From Syntrophorhabdaceae bacterium (GTDB lineage Bacteria; Desulfobacterota; Syntrophorhabdia; Syntrophorhabdales; Syntrophorhabdaceae), in contig CAXXUO010000004.1 in NCBI GenBank assembly GCA_963666485.2, positions 32,001-96,000 of the forward strand: a stretch of DNA of 64,000 bases, written 5' to 3'. Of this stretch, positions 8,150-19,476 are shown piece after piece. Each line of letters begins with the position of its first letter. Positions within the stretch are counted from its first letter, which is position 1. Position numbers and translations under genes: made by a program. Below the pieces are notes generated by a model. The model was not told where the DNA came from. It made no database searches and saw nothing but the letters and a program-made list of their open reading frames with translations.

Positions 8150-9583
8150 TCACCTCGACCCGTCCATTGTGCCGACCCGATGCATTTTCATGAAATTGGT
8201 CCTGACCGTCGAGGCGATGGGATGGCCCGCAACGAGCACGACAACATCACCTTCCGAGGCATATCCCCCTTCGAGCAGAAAACGGTCGATCTCCTCTATC
8301 ATCCGGTCTGTATTTTTGATCCTGCGGAATTGAAAAGGGATGACACCACGGTACAGCTTCATCCGCCTGACGACCGCCGCCTCCGGAGACACCGCGATAA
8401 CAGGCATCGACGGCCTGAACTTCGAGATAAGCCGCGCGGTAAAACCGGTCATCGTGAACGCCATGATGCATCGTGCGGACATCTCTTCGGCTGCTTGCGA
8501 TGCCGCTTGCGCGATCGTCTCGGGAAAATCAGGGACTGACACGCTATCCTCTACCGACCGCCGGATATTCCCCATCATCTTCTCCTCGGTGAAGGATATG
8601 ATCCTGTCCATGACCGTGACCGCTTCAAAGGGGTATTTTCCCGCCGACGTCTCGGCCGACAGCATCAGGGCGTCCGTGCCGTCGATAACGGCGTTCGCGA
8701 CATCGGTCGATTCAGCCCGCGTGGGGCGGGAATGGGCAGTCATCGATTCCAGCATCTGCGTGGCGGTTATAACGCTCTTCCTCGCCCTGTTCGCTTTGCT
8801 TATCAGCATTTTCTGGAAGACAGGGACCTCCTCGAGGGGCATCTCGACGCCGAGGTCGCCGCGCGCGACCATGATCCCGTCGACAAGTTCCAGGATCGCG
8901 TCGATATCGCGTATGGCCTCCTCTTTCTCTATCTTGGCAATAAGGGCCACTGTCGCGCCCCGGTCGGCCAGCCACTGCCTGACCTGCCGGATATCGTCGG
9001 CGCTCCTGACAAAGGACAGGGCGACGTAATCCACTCCGGCGCTGATGCCGAACTCGAGGTCTGCCCTGTCTTTATCGGTAAAGAACGGCGCGCTGACATT
9101 CATCCCGGGCAGGTTGACGCCTTTGTGTTCCTTGAGGACGCCTCCCTCCGTCACCACGGCGTCGAGTGATTTCTCCGAACGGCCTGTTATCTTGAGTTGG
9201 AGCAATCCATCGTCGAGGAGGATCGTGTCGCCGGGACGGGCATCTTCGATGAGCCACGGATAGTCGATCGGGATGGAATCATTTTTCTGACCGCCGTCGC
9301 CGGTATGGATGGATACCTGCTGTCCTTTTCCCAGGACGAGCCTGCCCCCCTCGAGCGAGCCGACCCGGATCTTGATCCCCTGGAGGTCCTGAAGTATTGC
9401 CACATGCCTTCTGAGCTTCTTCTCCGCCAACCTGATCTTTCGGATCATTGACCCGTGAAATTCGTGATCTCCATGGGAGAAATTCAGGCGGGCCACATCC
9501 ATTCCGCACAGTATCAGTTTTTCCAACGCTTTTCTGCTCTGGGTCGGCGGGCCCAGCGTACATACGATCCTGGCCTTCCTCAT
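8150..9583 (-). CDS. pyk: Pyruvate kinase
   Basis: Motifs RIVCTLGP, ARLNFSHG, AKIEK, IMVARGDLGVE, ATQMLESM, PTRAE and DALMLSAET. Confidence 0.97.
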   Translation of the reverse strand: MRKARIVCTLGPPTQSRKALEKLILCGMDVARLNFSHGDHEFHGSMIRKIRLAEKKLRRHVAILQDLQGIKIRVGSLEGGRLVLGKGQQVSIHTGDGGQKNDSIPIDYPWLIEDARPGDTILLDDGLLQLKITGRSEKSLDAVVTEGGVLKEHKGVNLPGMNVSAPFFTDKDRADLEFGISAGVDYVALSFVRSADDIRQVRQWLADRGATVALIAKIEKEEAIRDIDAILELVDGIMVARGDLGVEMPLEEVPVFQKMLISKANRARKSVITATQMLESMTAHSRPTRAESTDVANAVIDGTDALMLSAETSAGKYPFEAVTVMDRIISFTEEKMMGNIRRSVEDSVSVPDFPETIAQAASQAAEEMSARCIMAFTMTGFTARLISKFRPSMPVIAVSPEAAVVRRMKLYRGVIPFQFRRIKNTDRMIEEIDRFLLEGGYASEGDVVVLVAGHPIASTVRTNFMKMHRVGTMDGSR

Positions 9584-9597
9584 ACTGTTCCCCTTTT

Positions 9598-11700
9598 TTA
9601 AGCGATCCCTGAAAGACCGCGCACGTCCTCAAACCGCCGCCCTATCCCGGCAAGAATTCTTTCCAGGTCCTCATCGGGCAGATCCGAGGTATACTGCACG
9701 GCTATCGTGCGTGCCCGCGTCATAATATCGATATCCTTCACAATATCCCCCACCCTGAACGGCGGCAAACCGGACTGCCGTATACCGAGCATATCACCAA
9801 CCCCCCGTATTCTCAAGTCCTCTTCGGCAACGACAAAACCGTCTCCCGTTTTCTCCATGATCCGCAATCTCTTTGACGCCAGGGCGGTCCTTTTCTCCGA
9901 CGTAAGGAGCAGGCACGTGGAAGGAAGGGTACCCCTGCCTACCCTGCCCCGCAACTGGTGCAGCTGGGACAGGCCGAACCTCTCCGCGTTCTCCACAACG
10001 ATCATCGTTGCACGCGGGACGTCGATACCCACCTCAATGACCGTCGTGCAGACGAGAATATCGATATCGCCGCCCCGGAAAGCATACATCGCATCTTCCT
10101 TTTCGCGGGCATTCATCCTGCCGTGCAACAAGGCCACTTTGTACTCGGGAAAAATCTTTGTCTCAAGACGCCGGGCCATCGTACGCGCATCGCGGACACC
10201 TTCTATTTCGGACTCCTCGATGACCGGATACACTATGAAAACGCCATGGCCGGCCTTCAGTTCTTTCGCGATCAGGGCGCGTGCCTTTTCCCTTTCATTT
10301 TCCGGCAGGACCTTCGTCACTATTTTCCGGCGCCCCGCGGGCATCGTATCGATAACCGACACGTCGAGATCGCCGTAAACGACCATGGAGAGCGTCCGCG
10401 GGATAGGCGTGGCCGTCATGTTGAGAACATCCGGTTGACGTGACTTCCTTGTGAGCTTCCTGCGTTGTTCCACCCCGAAACGATGCTGTTCGTCAATGAT
10501 GATGAGCCCGAGATTGCTGAACTCGACATCCGACTGTATCATGGCGTGGGTCCCGATAATGACGGGCACAGTGCCCTTTCGTATATCATGCAGGACACCG
10601 CCTCTATCCTTTCCCAGGCCGCCCTTGAGAAGAGTGACGGGGATCCCGAGAGCATCGAACCATCGGTGTACGTTCAAGTAGTGCTGCTCCGCGAGTATCT
10701 CCGTGGGGGCCATAAATGCCACCTGGAACCCGTTGTCGATGGCTATGCATGCACCGGCGATGGCGCAGACGGTCTTTCCCGAACCGACATCACCCTGTAA
10801 AAGCCTGTTCATCGGCACCGGCCGGCCCATGTCGGCCGCGATCTCCTCTATGACGCGCTGCTGGGCATCCGTCAGTTTAAATCCAAGACCTCCGAGAAAA
10901 CTGTCGTAAACTGCGCCGCCCGTCCGGAACGCTATGCCTTCGCGGGCCTGTGCTTTTCTCTTTCTTGTCATCAGTGTGATCTGGAACTGCAGGTACTCCT
11001 CGAGGATCAGGCGCCGGATGCATTCATCAATGTTCGCTGTGTCCAAGGCCGCTCCATCCGTGCCGTGGACCTGCCTTATTGCCTCGCCAAGCGATACGAG
11101 GTCATGATCGTTCTCTACCCGGAGCGGTATAACAGACAGCGGCGCCCCTGAGGACACCCTGACGGCTTCCTCCACAATTTTCCGTACAAAACCCTGTTTC
11201 ACGCCCTCGACCTGGGAATAAACGGGGACTACGGGGCGGTTCTTTTCCGAGACCTCGCCATTTTCGAGGACCGTCACATCGGGATGAACGATCTGGAGCA
11301 TTTCCCCGAACTGGTTAACTTTGCCTGAAACCATGACCGGCAGCCCTTTTTCGCAGATCTTTCCAAGATATCCCTTGGACCACTGGAACCATTTCAAGGA
11401 CAGAAACCCGGTATCGTCGCCCACGACCATTTCAAAGCCCTTCTTCCGTGAATGGCGGAAGAACATCGAGCGGTACGAGTCGACCGTCGCCAGGATGCTG
11501 CATTGATCCCCGGCACGCAATTCCCCGATCTTCTTGATCGTCGACCGGTCAAGCCAGCGAACGGGGATGAAATACAGGAGATCATCGACCGTGTAAAGGC
11601 CCTTTTGGGCCATCTTCTTCTCTATGGCCGGTCCGACGCCTTTTAAGGTCGACAAGGGTTTGTCCAGTATGGGGTCACGAAAAGTTTTCATTCGGGGCAT
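9598..11700 (-). CDS. recG: ATP-dependent DNA helicase RecG
   Basis: Motifs MNRLLQGDVGSGKT, APTEILAEQH, IIDEQHRFGV, MTATPIPRTL and QLHQLRGRVGRG. Confidence 0.97.
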   Translation of the reverse strand: MPRMKTFRDPILDKPLSTLKGVGPAIEKKMAQKGLYTVDDLLYFIPVRWLDRSTIKKIGELRAGDQCSILATVDSYRSMFFRHSRKKGFEMVVGDDTGFLSLKWFQWSKGYLGKICEKGLPVMVSGKVNQFGEMLQIVHPDVTVLENGEVSEKNRPVVPVYSQVEGVKQGFVRKIVEEAVRVSSGAPLSVIPLRVENDHDLVSLGEAIRQVHGTDGAALDTANIDECIRRLILEEYLQFQITLMTRKRKAQAREGIAFRTGGAVYDSFLGGLGFKLTDAQQRVIEEIAADMGRPVPMNRLLQGDVGSGKTVCAIAGACIAIDNGFQVAFMAPTEILAEQHYLNVHRWFDALGIPVTLLKGGLGKDRGGVLHDIRKGTVPVIIGTHAMIQSDVEFSNLGLIIIDEQHRFGVEQRRKLTRKSRQPDVLNMTATPIPRTLSMVVYGDLDVSVIDTMPAGRRKIVTKVLPENEREKARALIAKELKAGHGVFIVYPVIEESEIEGVRDARTMARRLETKIFPEYKVALLHGRMNAREKEDAMYAFRGGDIDILVCTTVIEVGIDVPRATMIVVENAERFGLSQLHQLRGRVGRGTLPSTCLLLTSEKRTALASKRLRIMEKTGDGFVVAEEDLRIRGVGDMLGIRQSGLPPFRVGDIVKDIDIMTRARTIAVQYTSDLPDEDLERILAGIGRRFEDVRGLSGIA

Positions 11701-11708
11701 TACGTCCT

Positions 11709-11737
11709 ATAATATCAATACAACGTTCAAGGTTCAA
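11709..11737 (-). promoter_or_regulatory. Putative sigma70 promoter for recG with its -35 inside a heptamer repeat
   Basis: Minus strand TTGAAC-N17-TATTAT with an extended -10 TG, 8 nt before the ATG at 11700. Confidence 0.45.
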
Positions 11738-11809
11738 GGTTCAATGTTCAAGGCAAAAAGAACAAATTGGAGATAGAAAACACAAACAGTTCAAAGTTCA
11801 AGGTTCAAC
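11725..11809 (+). repeat. Two direct tracts of heptamer GTTCAAN
   Basis: GTTCAAG GTTCAAG GTTCAAT GTTCAAG (11725-11752) and GTTCAAA GTTCAAG GTTCAAC (11789-11809). Confidence 0.9.
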
Positions 11810-11839
11810 GCTTAAAAGAAAGAGAATACGAGGGTGGGA

Positions 11840-12391
11840 ATGAATGAGGTGGTGAAACAGGCTGTGTTTGGTGGGGTTGCGGTGAGGGTTGTGCGGGGGG
11901 ATCTGACGGAGAGCGATGCGGATGCGATCGTCAATGCGGCGAATTCATATTTGCAGCATGGGGGCGGCGTTGCCGGTGCGATCGTCAGGAAGGGCGGTAG
12001 GAGCATCCAGGAGGAAAGCAATGCGATCGGTTATGTGCCCGTCGGCGGGGCTGCCATGACAGGGGCCGGGACGCTCAAGGCGCGCCATGTCATTCATGCC
12101 GTCGGACCCATGTGGGGTGAAGGCGACGAGGACGCGAAGTTGAAGAAGGCCGTCAGGAGCGTGCTCGCTCTCGCCACCGATAAGGGGCTTTCGTCCATAG
12201 CTATGCCGGCTATCAGCGCGGGCATCTTCGGTTTTCCGAAGGACCGGTGTGCACGGATCATCGTACAAGAAATTGCCGGGTACCTGGCCGGGCACACATC
12301 GTCCCTCAAACAGATAGACATCGTTCTCATGGACACGGGTATCATTCAATTCTTCATGGACGAATTATCGGGCTCCGGCGACGGGAAATAA
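11840..12391 (+). CDS. Macro domain protein (O-acetyl-ADP-ribose deacetylase, YmdB-like)
   Basis: Motifs GDLT, DAIVNAAN, GGGVAGAI, VIHAVGP and PAISAGIFGFP. Start is the ATG at 11840 or the GTG at 11834. Confidence 0.92.
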   Translation: MNEVVKQAVFGGVAVRVVRGDLTESDADAIVNAANSYLQHGGGVAGAIVRKGGRSIQEESNAIGYVPVGGAAMTGAGTLKARHVIHAVGPMWGEGDEDAKLKKAVRSVLALATDKGLSSIAMPAISAGIFGFPKDRCARIIVQEIAGYLAGHTSSLKQIDIVLMDTGIIQFFMDELSGSGDGK

Positions 12392-12484
12392 CTCGCTGTT
12401 GAATTCAGCGCGGGTTGCGTGGTATCGTTACAGCACAGCATATTTTCGATCCTATCAAAACACAATAAGACAAGGAGCACTGCA

Positions 12485-13039
12485 ATGACGGAAGACCGGG
12501 CAAAACTTCTGAAGATCCTGAAGGAATTATCTTATGAGGAGGGCGAATTCACCCTCGTGAGCGGGAAGAAAAGCAGTTTCTATATAGACGCCAAGGAAAC
12601 GACCCTGAACCCCGAAGGCATGTACCTCGTCGGCAAATTAATGTACGCACTTGCCCGTGAGATCCCGGGTATCGATGCCGTCGGCGGCGTCAGCATCGGC
12701 GGCGACCCCCTCGTATCGTCCGTCGTGCTCGTTTCCTACACGAACAAGGACAACCTCATGGGCTTCCTCATCCGGAAAGAACCCAAAGGACACGGGACAA
12801 ATCAGTGGATCGAAGGCGGGAAGAACTTGAAGAAGGGAATGAACGTCGTGATCCTCGAGGACGTCGTCACAACCGGCGGATCGTCGCTCAAGGCAATAGA
12901 GGCTGTTGAAAAAGGCGGGTATGCGGTTAAAGGAGTGGTTGCGCTCCTCGATCGCCTTGACGGCGGGAAAGAGGCGATAGAGTCAAAAGGTTATATATTT
13001 AAGTCAATATTCAATCTGAAAGACGTCAGGACTGTTTAG
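12485..13039 (+). CDS. pyrE: Orotate phosphoribosyltransferase
   Basis: Motifs FTLVSGKKSSFYID, IRKEPKGHG and PRPP-binding VILEDVVTTGGS. AGGAG RBS precedes the ATG at 12485. Confidence 0.95.
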   Translation: MTEDRAKLLKILKELSYEEGEFTLVSGKKSSFYIDAKETTLNPEGMYLVGKLMYALAREIPGIDAVGGVSIGGDPLVSSVVLVSYTNKDNLMGFLIRKEPKGHGTNQWIEGGKNLKKGMNVVILEDVVTTGGSSLKAIEAVEKGGYAVKGVVALLDRLDGGKEAIESKGYIFKSIFNLKDVRTV

Positions 13040-13055
13040 CCGACACCCAGGTGGT

Positions 13056-13650
13056 TTAGATCACGTCTTCAATGCGGGCGAGAAGCTCTTTCTTACCGAC
13101 GCCCGTCCTGGCCGAGAAAAGCATCGCTTTTTTCCCCATGAAGAATTTCTCGAATGACCGCACCTTGCGGGCAATATTACCCTGGTTTTCCTTATCCACC
13201 TTTGTCAGGACCGGGCTGAAAGGCAGGTCCTTCAACAAGAGCCATTCGAGCAGCATTTCGTCGAGCTCATCAAAATCCCTGCGGACATCAAGCAGCCAGA
13301 TAATCGTCTTTATACGATCATTGCCGGCCAGGTACCCTTCCACCATAGCCTGCCAGTTAAGGGCTGTCGTCCGCGATACTTTCGCATAGCCGAATCCCCG
13401 GGAAATCGGAAAATATCATACCGCCCCTCTTACCCTGAGAGTCATACGCCACGCTGTAGATATTGATGATCTTTGTCGCCCCGGGCCGTGAGCTTGTGCG
13501 CGCGACGCGCTGCGCCACTAGCGCATTGATCAGGGATGATTTTCCCACATTCGACCTGCCGATAAACGAAACCTCGGGTGTATCCTCTGAAAGACCGACC
13601 TGGCGCACCGAAGTTACACCTTTTACATATTGTGCGTTTATGATTCGCAT
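13056..13650 (-). CDS. engB: Ribosome biogenesis GTPase EngB/YihA/YsxC, split by one apparent +1 indel near 13396-13399
   Basis: G1 GRSNVGKSSLIN. Removing one G from the GGGG run restores DFPGFGYAK and joins the fragment carrying LLDVRR, LTKVDK and FSARTGVG. Confidence 0.88.
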
Positions 13651-13656
13651 AATGTA

Positions 13657-15529
13657 TTAATGATTCTGAGAACTTGCTGCATCAGGCTGCGACGGGATCA
13701 AAGATATGAGAAGCTCGAGGATGACAGCGGGGTCATTGTCCTTTACCGGGAGGACAACATTTTCGATCTGTTCTTTCAATCTCGGCCAATCGACCGGGGG
13801 TGATTTGACCATCGTGATCTTGCCGTGCATGGTCTTTACCGATTGCTCTTCTTCGGAAACCAATTCTTCATGCAGTTTTTCGCGCCGGCCTTAAACCCGT
13901 ATAAACAATATCGATGTCATCACCGACTTTTAGCCCCATGAGCCTCACCATATCGTGGGCAAGGTCCGTTATCCTGGACAGGCTCTCCCATGTCGAGGAC
14001 AAATATCTCGCCGCCCTTCCCCATCGCCCCCGCCCTGCATAACGAGCTGCGCCGCCTCGGGTATGCTCATGAAATAGCGCGTCATCTCCGGGATGGGTAA
14101 CCGTCACCGGACCACCCTTCATTATCTGCTCCTTGAAAAGCGGGATAACACTCCCCGCGCTGTTAAGGACATTTCCAAACCTCACAGCGATGAATTTCGT
14201 TTTATTTTCCCCGTTCATTCCCTGGCAGATAAGCTCTGCTACGCGCTTCGTCGCTCCCATGACATTGGCGGGCCGCACGGCCTTGTCCGTCGATATGAGG
14301 ACGAACTTATCGACACCCGACCTTATGGACTCTTTGACCACATTGTACGTCCCTTCTATATTATTCTTGATCGCAAGGCACGGATGATCTTCCATTATGG
14401 GGGACGTGCTTATACGCCGCTGCATGGAACACAACCTGGGGCTTATAAGCCTCCATTGCCCACCTGAGGCGCTCGGTATCAAGGATATCGCCAAGGACCA
14501 TCTTATACCTTTTACCGTTAAAAACCTGTGAAAATTCCATGTTAATACGATATATCTCATTCTCGACACGTTCATACAGCACGAGAAGTTCGGGCTCCAT
14601 CTTCATGATCTGCCTGCACAGCTCCGAACCGATCGATCCTGCCGCCCCCGGTTACCATGACGCGCTTGCCCGTCAAATACTGCCTGATCTGTTCCTCATT
14701 AAGCTCGACATGTTCTCTGCCAAGCACATCCTCGATACGTATCTCCCGTATCTGGTTAACATGAACAGTACCATTCAAGATATCGCTTATGGCCGGGACC
14801 GTCTTGCACTTTATTCCCGCCGCATCACACAACCCGATAATATGCCGCATTTCCTTGCCAGTCAGCGGAAGGGATCGCTATGACCGCCTCTTCCACCTCT
14901 TTCTTGGCGACTATCCGGGCGAGATCATCCCATTTTCCCAAGAACCGGAAGGCCATGTATGCGCATTCCCTTTTTTCTCTCGGGTCATCATCAACAAACC
15001 CTACCGGGGTCGTAAGCTATCCGGGGATTTAATTTCATCTCCCGCAGAAGCATTTCACCGGCCCTTCCCCGCTCCCCGCTATTATCACTCTTTTCTTGTC
15101 TCTCATAATTCGGACGGGGTAGGACTCCCTGAAAAGTCGATAGAGAAACCGTGACCCGCCTACAAGAAGAATTATAACGAACCAATCAATAATAAATACC
15201 GACCGGGAGAAATCTATCCAGTGATAGACGAGGGCCAATGTACGAAAAAAAGAGGCATGAGCCGACCACAGTCGCCTTTATAATCCGGACGAGGTCGTTC
15301 ATCGACGCATATCGCCAGACACCTGCATAGAGCCCGAAGAAATAGAAGCAGATGATCCGGATGACTATAAGGGCGGGCAACGTCTTGCAGAGCATCCCCC
15401 AGGTGTATATCGGGTATGGCGAAATTGAACCTGAGCGCAAACGCGAGCCAGTAGGCAAAAACCGTGCATGCGGCATCGGTCAGCATGACCACGAGACGTT
15501 TCGAGTTCAGGATAAGCCTGTTTTTTCAT
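13657..15529 (-). pseudogene. CapD/WbpM/PglF-type membrane-bound UDP-GlcNAc 4,6-dehydratase, fragmented by multiple frameshifts (possibly sequencing error)
   Basis: Consecutive fragments: TM N-terminus (GLYAGVWRYASMNDL), IREIRIEDVLGRE, VMVTG..GSIGSELC, FHAAAYKHVP, LISTDKAVRPANVMGATKR, VRFGNVLNSAGSVIPLF, YTGLRP. Confidence 0.85.
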
Positions 15530-15574
15530 TGAACGTGATTCTTATAACATATGCGGTTTAAGAAAAAAAGCCGG

Positions 15575-16137
15575 TCAGTGTTGGATATGTTCCGATCGTA
15601 TCACCTTCGCAAAGGTCATCCATAATATCTTGAGGTCGAAAAAAGAACGACTTGTGGTGCAAATAGTACTCGTCATACTGCACTTTCACCGGTATGGATA
15701 TCTTGTCACGACCGTTTATCTGCGCCCACCCCGTGATCCCCGGGACAAGACGGTGCACCCCCTTCAGGGTCCTTATGGTTATGAGGTCGTCCTGGTTATG
15801 CAGTGCCCGGCCGTGGGCCCACCAGGGACATGTCTCCCCTCAGGATGCTCCATAACTGGGGAAGTTCATCGAGACTGTATTTTCTCAGGAACGGGCCTAC
15901 CGGCGTCAGGTACGAATCGGCATCTTTCAAAAGGTGTGTCGCGATATCCGGTGTGTTTCTGTGCATGGTCCGAAACTTAGGCATCTTGAAGATGACGTTG
16001 TTTATACCCACCCGGTCGGACCAGAACAAGATAGGGCCCCTCGATGAGATCTTGATCACCACAGCTATCGCCAGCATCGGCAGGAACAATATAAGAGAAG
16101 CGATGACTGCGACGAGAAGATCAAATACCCGCTTCAT
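15575..16137 (-). pseudogene. Small phosphoglycosyl (initiating sugar) transferase, Bac_transf family, frameshifted
   Basis: Motifs MKRVFDL, KFRTM, LRKYSLDELPQL, GDMSLVGPRP and PGITGWAQINGRD. Removing an extra G after GPRP and an extra T in a T-run restores one frame ending SEHIQH*. Confidence 0.85.
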
Positions 16138-16155
16138 AAAAAGGTCTCCCGGCCT

Positions 16156-17106
16156 TTAAGCAAAGGTGCTCGTCAGGTCCCACGGCAGGTTCGTTCCCGC
16201 ACCCCGCAATCTGTCGATCGAATACGCTGCGTCCATCGATATCTTTCTCAGCTGATATGTATAATATTCCGCTTTTCCCGGCAACACCAGTGATAAGCAC
16301 GAAAACACCATATGCGGTATTGCCGGAGGTATCGTGATAACGGGCTTCTTCCTCCCCGGACCCTTATTGAAAAAAGAGATGAGGTCGTTTATCGAATAAT
16401 TCTCCCTGTCCCGAATATTGAAAGTCTGATCCGATAAGGCCTCTTCATGCAACCCCCGTGCAGATGACTTCTACCAGGTTATTCACCGAACACAACGACA
16501 ATTTCTGGTTCCCTTCTCCCAGGCGATAGAAGCAACGCTGCCCGGGCAAGTAGATCCTTTTATGGATGTTCAGCAGAAAAGATCTTCCGTACACCGGCGA
16601 CAATCTCAGGATCGTGTGCGATATTCCATGCTTTCCCGAAAATATCCGTATTTCCTCCTCGGCGGCCAATTTGCTCTCACCATAGAAATCGTCCGGACGG
16701 GTAGGCGAACTTTCATCCGGCTCCGTGCCGGGCGGTATGGTGCCGTAAACCGACACCGTGCTCAAAAAGATGATCTTCTTCAGCCGGGAAGGATTGAGAC
16801 CTCCGAGAACGTTCCTGGTGCCAAGGTGGTTGATCCGGAAATAGTTTTCCCGTGAAAGGTCGGAGGACCTTTTGTGAACGAGCGCCGCGCAATGGACCAA
16901 TACCCCTGCATCTCCGGCCGCGGCGGGTATAGCCGCATCATTGGTAATATCAGCAGGGAAACATGAAAGGTTCGGGTGGTCCTTCAGATCGACGAGATTG
17001 TCAAAAACAAGGTCAAACCCGACGACCCGATTGCCCCGGCTCAATATCGCCCGGGCCAGGTGTGATCCGATATAACCGTTTATCCCGTTATTAAAACGTT
17101 TTCCAT
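16156..17106 (-). pseudogene. NAD-dependent epimerase/4-reductase (SDR), frameshifted
   Basis: MENVLITG..GYIGSHL start at 17106 shifts into the frame with VHCAALVH, FLSTVSVYG and YGESK. The C-terminal fragment is 16156-16452. Confidence 0.8.
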
Positions 17107-17107
17107 T

Positions 17108-18299
17108 TCACTTCTGAAAATTCGATACTATCTGGCGCGCGGCCTTTTCGACCGAGAATCTCTCCTCCAGAAGCCTCCTGGCGTTCAGGCCCATCTCCCC
17201 CCGCAGCGTACTGTCGCGGAGTAGCTGCACAGCATGGGTGAGGAAGACGCCGTCGTCACCGTTGATCGAAACGAGGCCCGCTTTGCTCTCTTCGATCATC
17301 CCCTTCAGGTCGTTCCCGGGGTTGATACTCGCAAGGACAGGCATGGAGTTATACATGTACCCCAGCATTTTCCCCGGGAAATTATGTGTCTTCAATTTTC
17401 TGTCCAAAGAAATGAGGCCGATATCAAATTCGGACAGCATTGCCAGGTATTCCTCCTGGTCTACGGCATCCAGTATACGTATATTCTGCAGCGCCTTGTC
17501 GGAAATTATCTGCCTGAGCCTTGCCGATTCGCTGCCTTCGCCGACAAGAAGGAAAAAGGCTTCAGGGTCATTGCGCAGGCCTTCAGCGAGCCTCAGAATG
17601 TTGTCCATATCCTGGGCAACCCCGATATTCCCTCCATAGAAAAAGACCAGTTTGCCCTCTAACCCCAGCTTCTGCCTGTAATTGCTCGTCGGCACATTTT
17701 TCTCGTCCAGGGTTGTCCAGTTATACAACACCTCGGACCTGAAATGCTTCAAAAGATCATTTTCCCTGAAATACTTGAGATTTTCCCCCTGATTGAACGC
17801 CTATAACGTCCGCCGCCCGGTATTGCTCCATCTCCTTTCGGCAAAAATAGCGGTAGATCATCCCGTCTTTCAGAACACCGGCGTCAAGCGCCCATTTCGG
17901 GAAAATATCACGCAATATCAGGTACGATCCGCACCCGTAAAGGGAACGTACCCGGTTTACAAACGACCCGAAAAATATGGTCGGGGAGTAGTAGACTACC
18001 AGGTCAAATTTACGCCCCGCCAGGTATTCCCCGGCCCTTCTTCCAGAGAATATCGGAAAGCCGTGCCTCATTGACGGCCCTTAAAACCCGGGCGCAGATT
18101 TGATCCTGCCGGACCGCACACGGACAACCTCAATATTATCTTCTACTCTTATCTCACACTCGGAGCCAATCGATTCATCCGGGGCGATGACCGCCGGTTG
18201 GTGCCCCTGCCGATGAAATTCCACCGCAAGATCATGGATAAGCTTCGCGCTCGACATGGTGCTCGGCAGGTAATAAACAACAACGAGAAGTATGCGCAT
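17108..18299 (-). pseudogene. GT4 glycosyltransferase (WbuB-like), frameshifted into three ORF pieces
   Basis: Fragments MRILLVVVYYLP, YYSPTIFFG..YLILRDIFP and YGGNIGVAQD..NFPGKMLGYM. Lies directly downstream of the fnl/qnl-type genes. Confidence 0.82.
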
Positions 18300-18317
18300 T
18301 GTGAAAATGGGTCTCTT

Positions 18318-19442
18318 TTACCTATGCCAGACCGTGCGGTTGACGTATCCGGTATAGCTCACGATGATGCGAAGAACTTTCTTCGAAACATTCGGAACGT
18401 CATAATCCCGTACAACGCAAAGGGTGCGGTCAGGACCCCGTTTTTGATCTTCCAAAATACGGATCCCATCCCGGACGTTCTCCCATTCGAGACCGGTCAT
18501 CATTACGGCCCCTTCCTCCATCCCTTCCGGCCTTTCGTGCGCGTTGCGGATGTTGAGAGCAGGGAAATTCAGGATCGATGATTCCTCCGTAATGGTCCCG
18601 CTGTCTGAAATGACGACACGGGCGTTCGTCTGAAGATTGACGTAATCACAGAAACCCAGCGGTTTCAGCAATTCGATCCCCGGGCCGATCGCCGCTTTTC
18701 TCTCGTCGATCATTTTCCGGGTCCTGGGATGCGTACTGACGATGACCCGCTTTCCGTATTCCGATGACAGGTTATTCAACATATCGACAAGCTTCCTGAA
18801 CTGATCGGAAAAGTCGATATTCTCTTCCCGGTGCGAACTTACCAGGAAATAATCCCTTTCTTTGAGATCAAGACGGGCCAGGATATCGGATGATGCTATT
18901 TTGTCTCTATAATGGTCCAGTACCTCGCGCATCGGGCTTCCCGTCTTGACGATGCGATCAGGGGGAAGGCCCTCGCGAAGGAGGTACTCGCGCGCAATAT
19001 CACTGTACGGCATATTGATGTCGCTCGTGTGGTCGATGATCCTGCGATTTATCTCCTCCGGAACCCGCTGGTCGAAACACCGGTTCCCGGCCTCCATATG
19101 AAAGATCGGTATCTTCCGTCTCTTTGCGGAGATGACCGACAGGCAGCTGTTTGTATCCCCGAGGACCAGTACGGCGTCGGGCCGCTCCTTCTCCATTATC
19201 TCGTCGGAGAAGGCGATAACATTCCCGATCGTGCGGGCGACAGAATCTCCCACGGCGCTCAGGAAATGGTCCGGCCTGCGTATGCCGAGCTCCTGAAAAA
19301 AGATCTCGTTCAACTCATAGTCAAAGTTTTGACCGGTGTGGACCAGCACATGCTGAAGATTTTCATCCAGTTCCCTCAACACGCGACTGAGCTTGATAAT
19401 CTCGGGCCGCGTTCCGACAATGGTCATTACCTTCAATGGCAT
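18318..19442 (-). CDS. wecB: Non-hydrolysing UDP-HexNAc 2-epimerase (FnlC/WbjD/QnlB subfamily)
   Basis: Motifs [50 protein letters not shown] and ERPEGMEEG. Start at MPLKV (19442). Confidence 0.92.
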   Translation of the reverse strand: MPLKVMTIVGTRPEIIKLSRVLRELDENLQHVLVHTGQNFDYELNEIFFQELGIRRPDHFLSAVGDSVARTIGNVIAFSDEIMEKERPDAVLVLGDTNSCLSVISAKRRKIPIFHMEAGNRCFDQRVPEEINRRIIDHTSDINMPYSDIAREYLLREGLPPDRIVKTGSPMREVLDHYRDKIASSDILARLDLKERDYFLVSSHREENIDFSDQFRKLVDMLNNLSSEYGKRVIVSTHPRTRKMIDERKAAIGPGIELLKPLGFCDYVNLQTNARVVISDSGTITEESSILNFPALNIRNAHERPEGMEEGAVMMTGLEWENVRDGIRILEDQKRGPDRTLCVVRDYDVPNVSKKVLRIIVSYTGYVNRTVWHR

Positions 19443-19476
19443 GGCACCTTTCCTTTCGGGAAAATTTGAACGTCCT

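Noticed and set aside
8340..10443. Long antisense ORFs over pyk and recG, and similar ones throughout the glycan locus (e.g. 24226-25110, 48159-49043)
   Set aside because: Shadow ORFs of well-supported genes in GC-rich DNA, with no motifs of their own.
11840..12391. Macro domain as part of a DarTG-type toxin-antitoxin or defence system
   Set aside because: It is a stand-alone YmdB-like domain with housekeeping neighbours (recG, pyrE) and no ADP-ribosyltransferase partner.
13056..18299. Programmed frameshifting or phase variation
   Set aside because: There are too many breaks, in both directions and in short runs, including in engB. This fits sequencing error better.
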